64,000 nucleotides of DNA. It comes from Minisyncoccota bacterium (GTDB lineage: Bacteria; Patescibacteriota; Minisyncoccia; Phycocordibacterales; UBA1006). A program made the translations under genes and the position numbers. Position 1 is the stretch's first letter; the number at the start of each line of letters is the position of its first letter. Below the pieces are notes generated by a model. That model saw only the letters and a program-made list of their open reading frames with translations. It did no database searches and was not told the DNA's origin. The stretch is from contig DASWYC010000002.1 in assembly GCA_036405175.1 (NCBI GenBank), positions 321,700 through 385,699 of the forward strand, read 5' to 3'. Shown in pieces: positions 10,384 to 20,647 of the stretch.

Positions 10384-12254
10384 TAGGCATTGGTGCCTGA
10401 CTCAACCTCATCAGGTGCAATATCTGGTGTTGGAGTATCTTCCTGCTTCATATCTTCAGGTTTTACTTCTGAATAGATTTTCATCATTGCCTCAGAGAGT
10501 GTTTGAGTTTTTGCATCAATCTCCGCACCATCAGTCCCATCCTTAACTGCTTTTAAGTCACTAATTCCTGTTTCAATAGCAGTCTTAGTTTCTGGAGTTA
10601 ACTTTTCTCCATACTCTTTAAGATTCTTTTCTGCAGTAAAGATGGTGTGTTCTGCGGTGTTCTTTTTATCAACAAGATCGCGCTTCTTCTCATCCTCATC
10701 CTTATATGTCTCTGCTTCTTGCTTCATGCGCTCAATATCTTCTTTTGAAAGTCCTGATGAACCCGCGATAGTGATGTTTGCTTCTTTGTTGGTTGCTTTA
10801 TCTTTTGCAGAAACTTTAAGAATTCCGTTGGCATCAATATCAAAGGTAACTTCAATCTGAGGAACCCCCATAGGAGCTGGCGCGATACCATCAAGTGTAA
10901 ACATACCAAGGCTTTTGTTATTAGCTGCCATTGGACGCTCTCCTTGCACCACGTGAATCTCTACCGATGTTTGATTATCCGCAGCAGTAGAAAATACTTG
11001 TGATTTTGATGCTGGAATAGTGGTATTCTTTTCAATCAATTTAGTGGCAATACCCCCACGGGTTTCAAGTCCAAGTGAAAGTGGCGTAACATCCAGCAAG
11101 AGAATGTCTTTAACATCTCCCTGAAGAACTCCCGCCTGAATTGCAGCTCCTTGTGCAACCACCTCATCTGGGTTGATTGATTTGTTTGGATCTTTTCCAA
11201 ATACTTTTTTAACTTCTTCCAAAATGCGTGGCATGCGAGTTTGTCCTCCTACCATCACAATTTCATTAATTTCAGAAGCTGAAAGTTTTGCATCAGCAAG
11301 TACTGACTTAGTGATTTCGATTGAGCGATTTATATATTGCTCTGCAAGTGTTTCAAGTTGTGCACGGGTTACCTTAAGGGCCAAGTGTCGAGGACCTGAT
11401 GCATCAGAGGTGATAAATGGAATGTTAACCTCTGTTTCAAGCGCGGTTGAAAGTTCAATCTTTGCTTTTTCTGCAGCCTCATCAAGACGCTGAAGTGCAA
11501 GTGGATCGTTAATAATAGTGATTCCTGAATCTTTCTTAAATTCGTTAGCAATGTGATTGATGAGTGCTTGGTCAATGTCGCGTCCTCCCATAAATGAGTC
11601 TCCGCCTGTTGCCTTTACTTCAACAACACCATCACCTACTTCAAGAACAGAAACATCAAAGGTTCCTCCTCCAAAGTCAAAAACCACAATTTTCTCGTTA
11701 GTCTTTTTATCAAGACCGTATGCGAGTGCTGCAGCGGTTGGTTCGTTAATGATGCGCTTAACATCAAGTCCTGCGATCTTTCCTGCATCGGCAGTCGCTT
11801 TACGCTGATCATCGTTAAAGTATGCTGGCACCGTAATAACGGCCTCAGTTACAGTTTCACCCAACTTTGCTTCTGCATCAGCTTTAAGTTTTGCCAAAAT
11901 CATTGCAGAAATTTCTTCTGGACGATAATCTTTTCCATCAATTATTACCACAACGCCACCGCTTTCGCCTTGCTTAATGGTGTATGCTGCAGTTTCTTGC
12001 GCTTTTTGAACTTCTGGATCTTTATAAAGATGTCCCATGAAGCGCTTAATTCCATAAATAGTATTTTGAGGATTGGTTACCGCTTGGCGCTTTGCCAAAA
12101 CTCCTACCAATCGTTCTCCATTTTTAGAAATACCAACAATAGACGGCGTTGTGCGAGCGCCTTCGCTGTTTTCAAGAATTTCAGCCTTTCCTCCTTTAAT
12201 GATTGATACTGCTGAGTTGGTAGTTCCAAGATCAATTCCAATTATTTTTGCCAT
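10383..12254 (-). CDS. dnaK: chaperone DnaK (Hsp70)
   Basis: [18 protein letters not shown] and VTPLSLGIET-type motifs ([10 protein letters not shown]); 623 aa. Confidence 0.95.
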   Translation of the reverse strand: MAKIIGIDLGTTNSAVSIIKGGKAEILENSEGARTTPSIVGISKNGERLVGVLAKRQAVTNPQNTIYGIKRFMGHLYKDPEVQKAQETAAYTIKQGESGGVVVIIDGKDYRPEEISAMILAKLKADAEAKLGETVTEAVITVPAYFNDDQRKATADAGKIAGLDVKRIINEPTAAALAYGLDKKTNEKIVVFDFGGGTFDVSVLEVGDGVVEVKATGGDSFMGGRDIDQALINHIANEFKKDSGITIINDPLALQRLDEAAEKAKIELSTALETEVNIPFITSDASGPRHLALKVTRAQLETLAEQYINRSIEITKSVLADAKLSASEINEIVMVGGQTRMPRILEEVKKVFGKDPNKSINPDEVVAQGAAIQAGVLQGDVKDILLLDVTPLSLGLETRGGIATKLIEKNTTIPASKSQVFSTAADNQTSVEIHVVQGERPMAANNKSLGMFTLDGIAPAPMGVPQIEVTFDIDANGILKVSAKDKATNKEANITIAGSSGLSKEDIERMKQEAETYKDEDEKKRDLVDKKNTAEHTIFTAEKNLKEYGEKLTPETKTAIETGISDLKAVKDGTDGAEIDAKTQTLSEAMMKIYSEVKPEDMKQEDTPTPDIAPDEVESGTNA

Positions 12255-12272
12255 ACAATTATATATTTAAAT

Positions 12273-12837
12273 TTATTGTTGATAATTTCCGATAATAACT
12301 TGCGCGGGGCGAACAACCGTATTGCCAATCTTCCACCCACTTCGTCCTACTCCAATAACTTTGTGATGAAGTGATTCATCAGTTACGGATTCTTCCTTAA
12401 GAATTTCCTGTGTCGCATGGTCAGGCTCAGCATGGAGCGTAACCGGAATTTGTGCAAGCTGATTATTTTCAAAAATAGTGTTCAGCTGCTTGGCGATGTA
12501 TTCAATACCAGTGCGCCAGTTAGCAGGAACTGATTCCCACACTTCTTTGTTACTCATTGCTGATTCAAAGCTGTCTGAGATGGTAAGAAATTCTTCTAGA
12601 AGGGCTTGCCTGGTCCGTTTGCGGACCTTATCGGTTTCATCCTTCATTTCTTGTTCCCGGTTAATATAGTCAGCTTTTGAGCGCTGCCAACCTTCCAGAT
12701 ACTCCTGGCGTTCTTTTTTAAGGGCTTTCATTTCGGTTTTGAGGCGCTTAACCGTTTGCTGAAGATCTTCTTCAATAAACTCATCGTCGGCTTCAAAATC
12801 GGGATCCTGATCGTTAAATTCATCGGTATTCGACATA
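12273..12837 (-). CDS. grpE: nucleotide exchange factor GrpE
   Basis: coiled-coil N-term, C-terminal beta domain (VIGVGRSGWKIGNTVVRPAQV); ORF track begins at an alternative start 12869, the second MSN... ATG at 12837 fits the promoter spacing better. Confidence 0.85.
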
Positions 12838-12860
12838 GGTAATTCAAAGGTACTACTTGT

Positions 12861-12905
12861 ATTTGACAATTATATAACGGGCGTTTTTACTTTGTCAAAT
12901 ATATG
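12861..12905 (-). promoter_or_regulatory. grpE-dnaK-dnaJ promoter (TTGACA-N16/18-TATATA/TATAAT on minus strand) overlapping a conserved element ATTTGACAAT-N5-AACGGGCGTT
   Basis: read directly; same 25-nt element found upstream of groES (63713-63737). Confidence 0.5.
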
Positions 12906-13077
12906 AATTGAGAGGCTGTGAATATCAAAAAGTCATTAATTATTGAGCTTTTTGAGGCATCTAAGCCTAGTATTGACATAGTTATAGTAGTATGCTATAC
13001 TATTCCTATCTTATTTACTAATCAAAAACACTCAATATATGGCCTGACGAGCCAAAAACCCGTCGCTTACTAAAACA

Positions 13078-14541
13078 ATGAGAAATTCATCTATTATCCG
13101 CTTTGCGATCCTTGCAGGATTTGCAGCATATTGTTTAGTGGTTATCGCTGGCCTTAGCCTAAACGGTTACAGCGAAAATATTAACCTTGTTCAAAGAGTA
13201 TGGGTCAATGACTCATTTCAATGGAAAGGCTTGATAACTCCATTGCAAATCGAAGGAACCAAATTTGAAAGTACCTCACAAAAAATTGCTTTCACCGTAC
13301 CTTGTATGTATGGAGGAAAGAAGTTTGATGTGATTAAAAACACTCCTACCGGGAACAGAATGACAAAGGAAGTGGCCGATTCATTAAGAACTGCTCTTTC
13401 AAGACTCATCTATCCTAAAACGGATTATTTTTACGGAGCTGGAGAATTAAACATTCTTGCTCATAATGCTGATGAAGACCTACAAGCTCTTCTTGGCAAA
13501 GTGCAAGTAAACAAGTTTCATGTGGAGGGCTCAGCCTCTCCAGAAGCCGGTGATGAACTAAGCATTTATCCTAATAAGCTCGAAGATGCAAACCATTCTT
13601 TAGCAGTTAATAGGGGAAAACTCGGTTTTGACATACTTTCAAACATATTCATCAACAATGGTGTAAATCTAAAGAAAGTAAAAGGAACGCACAATGGGCA
13701 CGAAGCTCAGTTGACTTCTCAACAAGCAGACTTGATTGATTTTAAATCAATCATCGATGCTAATCGCGAGAATACAGAGCACGCTACAATGTCACCTCTT
13801 CGTAACTGGAAGGCAGACATTAGTTTAACGATACCAACCAACAAGACTATGTCAGTAACAGTTCCATATCTATGGCTACTATTACTACTATTGCCTTGGC
13901 GTCGTTGGATTGATAGAGCACGCGAGAGTATTCCTTCCTTGAACTTCAAAAAAAGAAGTACTCAGGAGCAACCTCAACACGCGTACTCTGTAGCGCTTCC
14001 CTTCATCCCATGGATTAAGGCTGAATACTTGAAAAGAAAGTTCAGCTTCTCGTGGGAAAAACTTTGGGAAAAGGTTAGTGACTGGTTCTCTGCCCAAAGA
14101 GATGCTGTCAGATTATTCTTCCACGAACTCTCAGTTCGCGTCCGATTCTGGTTTGGCAAACAAGCCGCCAGATGGAGAAGAATAAAGTTATGGTGGTCAG
14201 AGACCTATGCAACCATTAGACCAAGGGTTACTCCTTGTACCGTCTTCTGGCTGTCTCTTCCTCCATTAACTCTTACCATGGCCTCAGGGTACTGGCTGAA
14301 TTCTTGGTTCTTAGTCATAACCTCGCTAATTACATTAGCAGGAGTCGGTATCTATGCTTTCCTTAATTGCCCAAAGGCACAAGGAGTCAAATATACCGAG
14401 TTCGAGGAGGTTGAAGCTGTCGAGGAGAAACCTCGTATGGAACCTATTCAACAATCATGCACTGTAACCGTGCCATGTTGGGTAGCGTACACTGGAGTAC
14501 TAATTATTGTTTCAATGGCGCTTTACATTCTGAGCCATTAA
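13078..14541 (+). CDS. hypothetical membrane protein (N-terminal signal/TM, extracytoplasmic domain, second TM, W/R-rich C-terminal region)
   Basis: 487-aa intact ORF; no recognisable catalytic motif; C-terminal half compositionally odd (W/R/F-rich). Confidence 0.5.
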   Translation: MRNSSIIRFAILAGFAAYCLVVIAGLSLNGYSENINLVQRVWVNDSFQWKGLITPLQIEGTKFESTSQKIAFTVPCMYGGKKFDVIKNTPTGNRMTKEVADSLRTALSRLIYPKTDYFYGAGELNILAHNADEDLQALLGKVQVNKFHVEGSASPEAGDELSIYPNKLEDANHSLAVNRGKLGFDILSNIFINNGVNLKKVKGTHNGHEAQLTSQQADLIDFKSIIDANRENTEHATMSPLRNWKADISLTIPTNKTMSVTVPYLWLLLLLLPWRRWIDRARESIPSLNFKKRSTQEQPQHAYSVALPFIPWIKAEYLKRKFSFSWEKLWEKVSDWFSAQRDAVRLFFHELSVRVRFWFGKQAARWRRIKLWWSETYATIRPRVTPCTVFWLSLPPLTLTMASGYWLNSWFLVITSLITLAGVGIYAFLNCPKAQGVKYTEFEEVEAVEEKPRMEPIQQSCTVTVPCWVAYTGVLIIVSMALYILSH

Positions 14542-14640
14542 GCAACCCGTTTTTTAAGTTTTAAATTAAAAAATAAATTGATTTTGTCTCTCGATTATGT
14601 TATAGAGGCACCATGAAATTTATTTTGATATATAACAAGA

Positions 14641-14670
14641 TCCCTTACTATGTTGGTAAGGGATTTTTGA
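14641..14670 (+). terminator. terminator hairpin (atcccttac/gtaagggat + T-run)
   Basis: hairpin followed by TTTTTG on plus strand between convergent genes. Confidence 0.5.
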
Positions 14671-14674
14671 TTAT

Positions 14675-16396
14675 CTATTTTTTATATAACAACCGTGCAA
14701 CTTTAATTTCATCATAGGAATACTTGCCTCCTCCAGCATCATATGCTGATTTGAGTGATCCCAAGGCACCCTGCCTATTAAACAGCTTATGAATTGCTGC
14801 TATATTTTTAAGCAGCTTTTTATCAAATGATTGTTCTATTGAACGCTTGAGTGGATGCTCGGCAGGATTTTCAAGAATCTTTTCAATATGACTGAGGATT
14901 GTTCCAAAGACCATTCCCCGCTTTTTAATAATCTCTTCAACAGAAAATCCTTCGTTTAATAAATCATACGTAATAGTCACCGTTGATACCTTGGTGGTAC
15001 CAAAACTATCTTCGCCCATCACGGTTCGTGCCTTTACACTTCCGCCACACGCAAGAATAAAGTTAACATGCATTTGATTAAGTTCTTCATTGGTCATTTT
15101 TCCAAAGAGATCCTCGGCGATATCTGATGCATCCCTAAAGACTCCATCTTGCATTAAAATCTGCGGATGCACCTCAAGTGCGCGTTCGTTGAAACCTAAT
15201 AGATAAATTCCTTTTAATGTCCGCACGCGTGAAAGCGCCACATATCCTTGACCATACTCAAATACTCGCGACAAGTCCATAATTGCTCCGTCCAAGCTCA
15301 TTCCTTGGCTTTTATGAATGGTAATCGCCCATGCTAAGCGAAGTGGGATCTGCGCTAATCGTGCTTTTACTTTACCATCTTCTTCAACGGTCCATTCCAT
15401 CTCCTCGACTTCAATCAACTCACCGTTATGTGTTTTTACCACCGGCGTAGTATTTTTAAATTCAATTATCTCACCCAAGGTGCCATTCATATACTTTTCT
15501 GTAGGGTTATTTTTTGTGAACATAACTTTTGCACCCACTTTAAGTTCTAATACTTCTGGAGACAAACATCCTTTTTTAAGATTTTCAATTAACGCTTTAT
15601 TTCCTGTAGTGGTCATTTCATATTTTTTAGTGAATCCAGGAAGCTTGGTGAGCTCTCCTCCATTCAACGTATCCACATCATAATTATGTGAATAGAGTTT
15701 AGTTACCGGAGGCAAGCGTGTTCTATCTTTGTGGATGCGTTCTGTTAAAAACTCATGCGCTTCAAACAAGCGTTCACCGTTACGAAGTGTAGTAAGAATC
15801 TGAAGCAAATCATCATCTGATTGACGATGTTGCTCACTTAAGTAGCACACTACCGGAGCAGCTTGTTCCCATGCTTTACTATTAAATGCAAAAAAAGTTG
15901 GAATCTCACTTTCATCAAATATGTCATTAGGATCCATCTGCATGCGGCGCTGAATTGGTGGTAGCTGAAAAAAGTCTCCCACAAAAATTATTTGAAGCCC
16001 ACCAAATGATTCATCTTTTCCACGCACTGCTCTGCACACGCTATCAATCGTATCAAGCATAGTATTGCTGAGCATAGAGATCTCATCAATAATCAATACA
16101 CTTGTTTTTTGAATACGCTTCACCACATATTCTTTTTGTGCAAGCATATCAAGTTCATATTCTGAAAGACGATCACGAATACCAACTCCACTCCATGAAT
16201 GAATCGTCATACCTCCAATATGAGTTGCTGCGATTCCAGTACTTGCGGTGATTGCATGGCTAATACCGTGCTCTTTAAGATAGGTCACGTATTGATTGAT
16301 CGTATAACTTTTTCCGGAGCCAGGCTCTCCGGTTAAAAAAACATTGGCACCAGTTTTAAGAATAGTAAGTGCTTCTGCCTGAGTCATACTGCTCAT
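14675..16396 (-). CDS. PIF1-family (RecD-like SF1B) 5'-3' DNA helicase with C-terminal HTH-like domain
   Basis: Walker A TGEPGSGKSY, Walker B LIIDEISML, Pif1 signature-like region, SF1B motifs (WAITIHKSQGMS, GYVALSRV). Confidence 0.8.
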   Translation of the reverse strand: MSSMTQAEALTILKTGANVFLTGEPGSGKSYTINQYVTYLKEHGISHAITASTGIAATHIGGMTIHSWSGVGIRDRLSEYELDMLAQKEYVVKRIQKTSVLIIDEISMLSNTMLDTIDSVCRAVRGKDESFGGLQIIFVGDFFQLPPIQRRMQMDPNDIFDESEIPTFFAFNSKAWEQAAPVVCYLSEQHRQSDDDLLQILTTLRNGERLFEAHEFLTERIHKDRTRLPPVTKLYSHNYDVDTLNGGELTKLPGFTKKYEMTTTGNKALIENLKKGCLSPEVLELKVGAKVMFTKNNPTEKYMNGTLGEIIEFKNTTPVVKTHNGELIEVEEMEWTVEEDGKVKARLAQIPLRLAWAITIHKSQGMSLDGAIMDLSRVFEYGQGYVALSRVRTLKGIYLLGFNERALEVHPQILMQDGVFRDASDIAEDLFGKMTNEELNQMHVNFILACGGSVKARTVMGEDSFGTTKVSTVTITYDLLNEGFSVEEIIKKRGMVFGTILSHIEKILENPAEHPLKRSIEQSFDKKLLKNIAAIHKLFNRQGALGSLKSAYDAGGGKYSYDEIKVARLLYKK

Positions 16397-16457
16397 AAGT
16401 ATATCCTGGTAACGATATTTCCCCTATTATTTCTTGACCAATTATATGGTGAAATAC

Positions 16458-16970
16458 CTATAGCTTTTTATAGTAATTCATACCGTACAGCGTATCACAG
16501 GTTGGACAACAGGTGCCATCGGTGGGTCCATCCACAAAACGAGGCTCACCGTACAAGCTTGCATATACATATACTTCACCGTTGCAGTGATATTTCATAT
16601 AGGCATGATTATTAGGAGAACTTGGACCGGAGGTACGAGCACCGCTTGGATCAAGGATTTCGGCGGGCAATGCCCCTGCACCGACCAAACATGAGCTAAT
16701 GGTTGCAGGATAACCGCTCCCTGTATAGTTAAACCATCCATTGCCATCACCATTCCACCCACATCCACTTCCTGCTTCTACATAATTACCATGTGATAAG
16801 TTATACATCATGAGTGCATTCACAATAGAATTAACATCGCTCACACGTCGAGCATCTTGTGCGCGCTTACGAGCACCACTCAAACTTGCCAGTGCAACAC
16901 TCGCAAGGATCCCTATAATCGCAACTACAACGAGCAGCTCAATCAGGGTAAACCCTCGGCTTCGCTTCAT
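16458..16970 (-). CDS. type IV pilin / pseudopilin (prepilin N-terminal cleavage-methylation domain)
   Basis: MKRSRGFTLIELLVVVAIIGILA class III signal; Cys-containing C-terminal region. Confidence 0.8.
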   Translation of the reverse strand: MKRSRGFTLIELLVVVAIIGILASVALASLSGARKRAQDARRVSDVNSIVNALMMYNLSHGNYVEAGSGCGWNGDGNGWFNYTGSGYPATISSCLVGAGALPAEILDPSGARTSGPSSPNNHAYMKYHCNGEVYVYASLYGEPRFVDGPTDGTCCPTCDTLYGMNYYKKL

Positions 16971-17024
16971 TAAAACCATATTCTATTTATTGTATCATGC
17001 CTTATTTTCTTGAGAATATTTTAA

Positions 17025-17046
17025 AACACCGCAGCACTACGGTGTT
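17025..17046 (-). terminator. terminator hairpin overlapping ftsI stop codon
   Basis: aacaccg/cggtgtt stem followed by T-rich tract on minus strand; pilin promoter (TACAAT) immediately downstream. Confidence 0.5.
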
Positions 17047-18761
17047 TGTTTTTTAGAAGCTTGCTCTGCTTCTTCAACAACCTTTGGTGGAATACTATAA
17101 TACGAGATTAAGAACTTTACCATATTCATAAACGGCAAGCTTAACGTCTGCGCAGAGAATTTAACATTTGCCGGACGCTTAAGATACATAAAGATCAAAA
17201 ATCGAGGCTCTTCCGCTGGAAAGTATCCAAAGAATGAGTGGAGGTTTCTATCGGTCATATATCCTCCCGTACGTGGATCCGGAATCTGTGCAGTTCCTGT
17301 TTTTGCCGCAATGTCATATCCTTTTGGTGGCTCAACATACTTTACCAAACTTTGACTCACAATCTTGGTCAGAATCTTTGTCATTTCTTCGGTAGTTTCT
17401 TTTTTTACCACACGCGATTGCAGTGGAATCACATTATCAAGATCGGTCTTTTTAATAAGTGTTGGATTTACCACATACCCTCCATTAGCAATCACAGAAA
17501 GTGCCTTAACCGTTACCATTGGTGAAAGTGCAATTCCTTGTCCGAATGATGCATTGGCAAACGCAACGTCATTATTTTTATCAAGGTTTTTCATAATACT
17601 TGACGCCTCATACGGAAGTTCAACATTAGTTTTATCATAGAGTCCAAACTCATGGAGATAGTCACGCATTTTCTGTTTTGGAACTTTTGATGTTGCAAAA
17701 TACATTCCGGTGTTGAGTGATTCAATCAATACACGCTCCATCGTAGTTCCCGGTCCACGTCCAAGACGATCAAAGTTACGAATAGTTCGATCACGTACGT
17801 TTACAAATCCTTTATCATCATAGGTAGTAGTTGGCGTTACCACGCCTTCATTAAATGCAATAGACATCATGATTGGTTTGATGATTGATCCCATTTCAAA
17901 CACATGTTCAACCAGTGGATTTGAATATACTGACGCATTAGGTACATTTGAAAAATTATTTGGATCAAATGATGGCACGCTATCAAGGGCTAAAATCTCT
18001 CCAGTATTTGGATCAATCACAATTCCTCCCGCTTCATCTGCTCCCCACTTTTCTTTTACCGTCATCAACTCTTTTTGAAGCATACGTGATACCGTTGGCT
18101 CAATGGTTGTCTCAACATCTGATGAGAGCATGTTCTTAGCATCGATCACACTTTTAACATCAGAAAAGAGTTGGCTAAACGGATTTACCAATGCACTGCT
18201 AGAATCTTTATCGAGCTTATCATTGAAATACTTTTCCAAACCATAAATTCCTTCTTTATTATTTTTATTGTATCCAACAAATCCGAGTGTTTGGGCAGCT
18301 AGCTCCCCTCCCGGATAAAAGCGACGTCGTTCACGAATGATTTGAAGTCCTCCAATTTTATATGATGACAAAATATCTGCCTGTTCTTTAGTAAGCGATA
18401 CACTCAATTCTTCATACGGATCATTTTGTTTGTTTGCCTTAGCAAAAAACTCACCACGATCCAACTTTACAAGTGTATTAATAACAGAAAATACGCGTTC
18501 ACGATTTTTATCCAAGTGCATTGGATTGAATGCAACTTTATAATTTTCAGAAAGTGTAGCCGCCGGAATGCGAACACCAGATTTATCTGAGAAATAAATG
18601 GTACCACGATGAAGCAAGGTGTTTGAGTTAGAAATATATTGACGATCCGCTAAAATTGCAAAATCTTCATGTCCCCTAATTTGAAGTACATATAATTTAT
18701 ACACCATCAAGAGGAAGATGACGCCAAAAGCAAGAATAATAACATTCGTCCGTGAATTCAT
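17037..18761 (-). CDS. ftsI: penicillin-binding protein 2/3 family D,D-transpeptidase (FtsI-like)
   Basis: N-terminal TM, dimerisation domain, transpeptidase motifs S-I-I-K (GSIIKP), S-L-N (IESLNTG), K-T-G (KTGTA). Confidence 0.85.
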   Translation of the reverse strand: MNSRTNVIILAFGVIFLLMVYKLYVLQIRGHEDFAILADRQYISNSNTLLHRGTIYFSDKSGVRIPAATLSENYKVAFNPMHLDKNRERVFSVINTLVKLDRGEFFAKANKQNDPYEELSVSLTKEQADILSSYKIGGLQIIRERRRFYPGGELAAQTLGFVGYNKNNKEGIYGLEKYFNDKLDKDSSSALVNPFSQLFSDVKSVIDAKNMLSSDVETTIEPTVSRMLQKELMTVKEKWGADEAGGIVIDPNTGEILALDSVPSFDPNNFSNVPNASVYSNPLVEHVFEMGSIIKPIMMSIAFNEGVVTPTTTYDDKGFVNVRDRTIRNFDRLGRGPGTTMERVLIESLNTGMYFATSKVPKQKMRDYLHEFGLYDKTNVELPYEASSIMKNLDKNNDVAFANASFGQGIALSPMVTVKALSVIANGGYVVNPTLIKKTDLDNVIPLQSRVVKKETTEEMTKILTKIVSQSLVKYVEPPKGYDIAAKTGTAQIPDPRTGGYMTDRNLHSFFGYFPAEEPRFLIFMYLKRPANVKFSAQTLSLPFMNMVKFLISYYSIPPKVVEEAEQASKKQTP

Positions 18762-18762
18762 A

Positions 18763-19053
18763 CTATCTCGTCACCACGTATGATGTGTCTTTGTCTGAAA
18801 TATCTACGTACACACGTGACAGTGGCGCTGCAAAGCCAGCTGTTGCACCGTCTTTGTCATCAACAGCTCCTTGCACTGCGTAATAATCAGATGTTTGTGT
18901 TGAAATTTTTGAGGTAACTTCCTCAATCTTACGATTAATTTTTTTAGTCTCGTTTACCACCACCACCATGTTAAAAAGATAGACAAAGAATAATAACCCC
19001 GTCACCACGAGCGAACCAGAACAGATGTTTTTGAGCACGATGAGATATTTCAT
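18763..19053 (-). CDS. ftsL: small bitopic membrane protein, FtsL-like by position
   Basis: 96 aa, single TM, between rsmH and ftsI as in dcw clusters; 4-bp overlap with rsmH stop. Confidence 0.5.
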   Translation of the reverse strand: MKYLIVLKNICSGSLVVTGLLFFVYLFNMVVVVNETKKINRKIEEVTSKISTQTSDYYAVQGAVDDKDGATAGFAAPLSRVYVDISDKDTSYVVTR

Positions 19054-19940
19054 AGAATTTCGATGACACGAAGTCGTGCGCTACGCGAGCGCGGGTTGGC
19101 TAATAATTCTTCGTCAGTTGCAGTGGCACCGCCATAGTTGATGTCCATTGCAGTTCCGTCCTTAATAAGATCACGGAAATAATGTTTTACGATCCGATCC
19201 TCAAGTGAATGAAATGTAATGATTCCAATGCGTGTTCCCTTTGTTGAAACCGTCAGCATATTGGCAAGAAATTCTTGTAAATCACCTAATTCGTTATTCA
19301 CCGTAATACGGAGCGCTTGAAAAACTTTTGTTGCGGGATGAATCTTTTTTCCTCGTCGAGGAATCACTGATTCAATAAAGTCCGCCAGTTCTTTTCCTGA
19401 AGTGAACGGCTTTGTTGCGCGCCGCTCCCTGATAGTACGTGCAATCTTTTTTGCATTTGGTTCTTCACCGTATGCATTAAAGAGTGTCACGAGCGTGTCT
19501 TCAGACCACTCATTGATAATATCTGAAGCACTGATGCCATCTCCTTTGTGGTACCGCATATCAAGCGCACTACTCACAAAAGAAAATCCACGGTCATCTT
19601 GTTTAAACTGATCAGAATTCCATCCAAGATCAGCCAAGATGACATTGGCATGATGAATACCTTCTTGTGAAAGTACGTCACCAATATTTTTAAATGATGT
19701 GGTGTGAACGTGTAGGTTTGACCACTCTGGAAGCGAAGCCGCTACGCGATTACTACTTTCCGCATCCAAGTCAGTCGCAATGTACTGACCAGTTAGTCCG
19801 ATGCGTGGAAGTATTAATCGTGCATGTCCTCCTCCGCCGAGGGTTCCATCAAACACAATGTCTCCTTGTTGAGGATTGAGGTATTCAAGCACTTCTTGTG
19901 CGAGTACGGGAATGTGAGTAATTTCAGTCATAGTGGTCAT
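19050..19940 (-). CDS. rsmH: 16S rRNA (cytosine1402-N4)-methyltransferase RsmH (MraW)
   Basis: FDGTLGGGGHARLIL SAM motif; full-length RsmH similarity. Confidence 0.9.
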   Translation of the reverse strand: MTTMTEITHIPVLAQEVLEYLNPQQGDIVFDGTLGGGGHARLILPRIGLTGQYIATDLDAESSNRVAASLPEWSNLHVHTTSFKNIGDVLSQEGIHHANVILADLGWNSDQFKQDDRGFSFVSSALDMRYHKGDGISASDIINEWSEDTLVTLFNAYGEEPNAKKIARTIRERRATKPFTSGKELADFIESVIPRRGKKIHPATKVFQALRITVNNELGDLQEFLANMLTVSTKGTRIGIITFHSLEDRIVKHYFRDLIKDGTAMDINYGGATATDEELLANPRSRSARLRVIEIL

Positions 19941-19962
19941 TCAGAATTGAAGTGGATGATTT

Positions 19963-20400
19963 TTAAATCATTCCAATCTCTCCAAGGAGTGCTGCGTGTT
20001 CTACGGAATTCTTAATTACGCCTTCGCGATAATTGTTCCACACGTTTTGACTCCACAATTCAAGACGGTTAACCATACCAATCACCATAAGGCTTTGCTC
20101 AGCAATATGAGCGAATTCTTTAAGGTGGTCGGGGATAAGAATGCGTCCACTGCTATCTACCGAAGTCTCCACGGCACCTCCAATAATGAAACGTGCAAAT
20201 GAGCGAGATTCCGGCTTACCTATTGAGAGCTCCGAGAGCTTGCTAACGAACTTTTCCCATTCAGACTTAGTGTAGAGAAAGATACAGGTGTCGAGGCCTC
20301 GACAAAGTACCACTGTTTCACCAAGTTCTTTACGCATTTTTGCGGGGAGCGAGACTCGTTTTTTCTCATCAATAGTGTGAACGTGCTCTCCGATTAACAT
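19963..20400 (-). CDS. mraZ: transcriptional regulator MraZ
   Basis: two MraZ/SpoVT-AbrB-like repeats (DEKKRVSLP..., DSSGRILIP...); start taken at internal Met. Confidence 0.85.
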   Translation of the reverse strand: MLIGEHVHTIDEKKRVSLPAKMRKELGETVVLCRGLDTCIFLYTKSEWEKFVSKLSELSIGKPESRSFARFIIGGAVETSVDSSGRILIPDHLKEFAHIAEQSLMVIGMVNRLELWSQNVWNNYREGVIKNSVEHAALLGEIGMI

Positions 20401-20601
20401 ATCTATCAAACGTAAGGGTTTGAAATAAAGGGTTTTTATCGGTTTCCCAATTTTATGCCACTTTATCCCACTTCTTACCACTTTATTGTACACCAGTGGG
20501 ATTGCGATGGTTTTTCGGGGATGTGAATAACTTTATCGGAAATTTATCCGATTATTTAAATACGAGGTTTCACTGCTGTTTATATTAGATTTGTAAAAAA
20601 A

Positions 20602-20632
20602 AGAGCCGGAAAAGCTTCGCTTTTCCGGCTCT
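20602..20632. terminator. bidirectional terminator downstream of lysS
   Basis: agagccggaaaag/cttttccggctct 13-bp stem flanked by A- and T-runs. Confidence 0.65.
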
Positions 20633-20647
20633 TTTTTAAAAATATCT

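Noticed and set aside
12870-13077. Expected CIRCE/HrcA operator upstream of grpE
   Set aside because: I looked for TTAGCACTC-N9-GAGTGCTAA and found nothing resembling it. I found a different element shared with groES (reported above).
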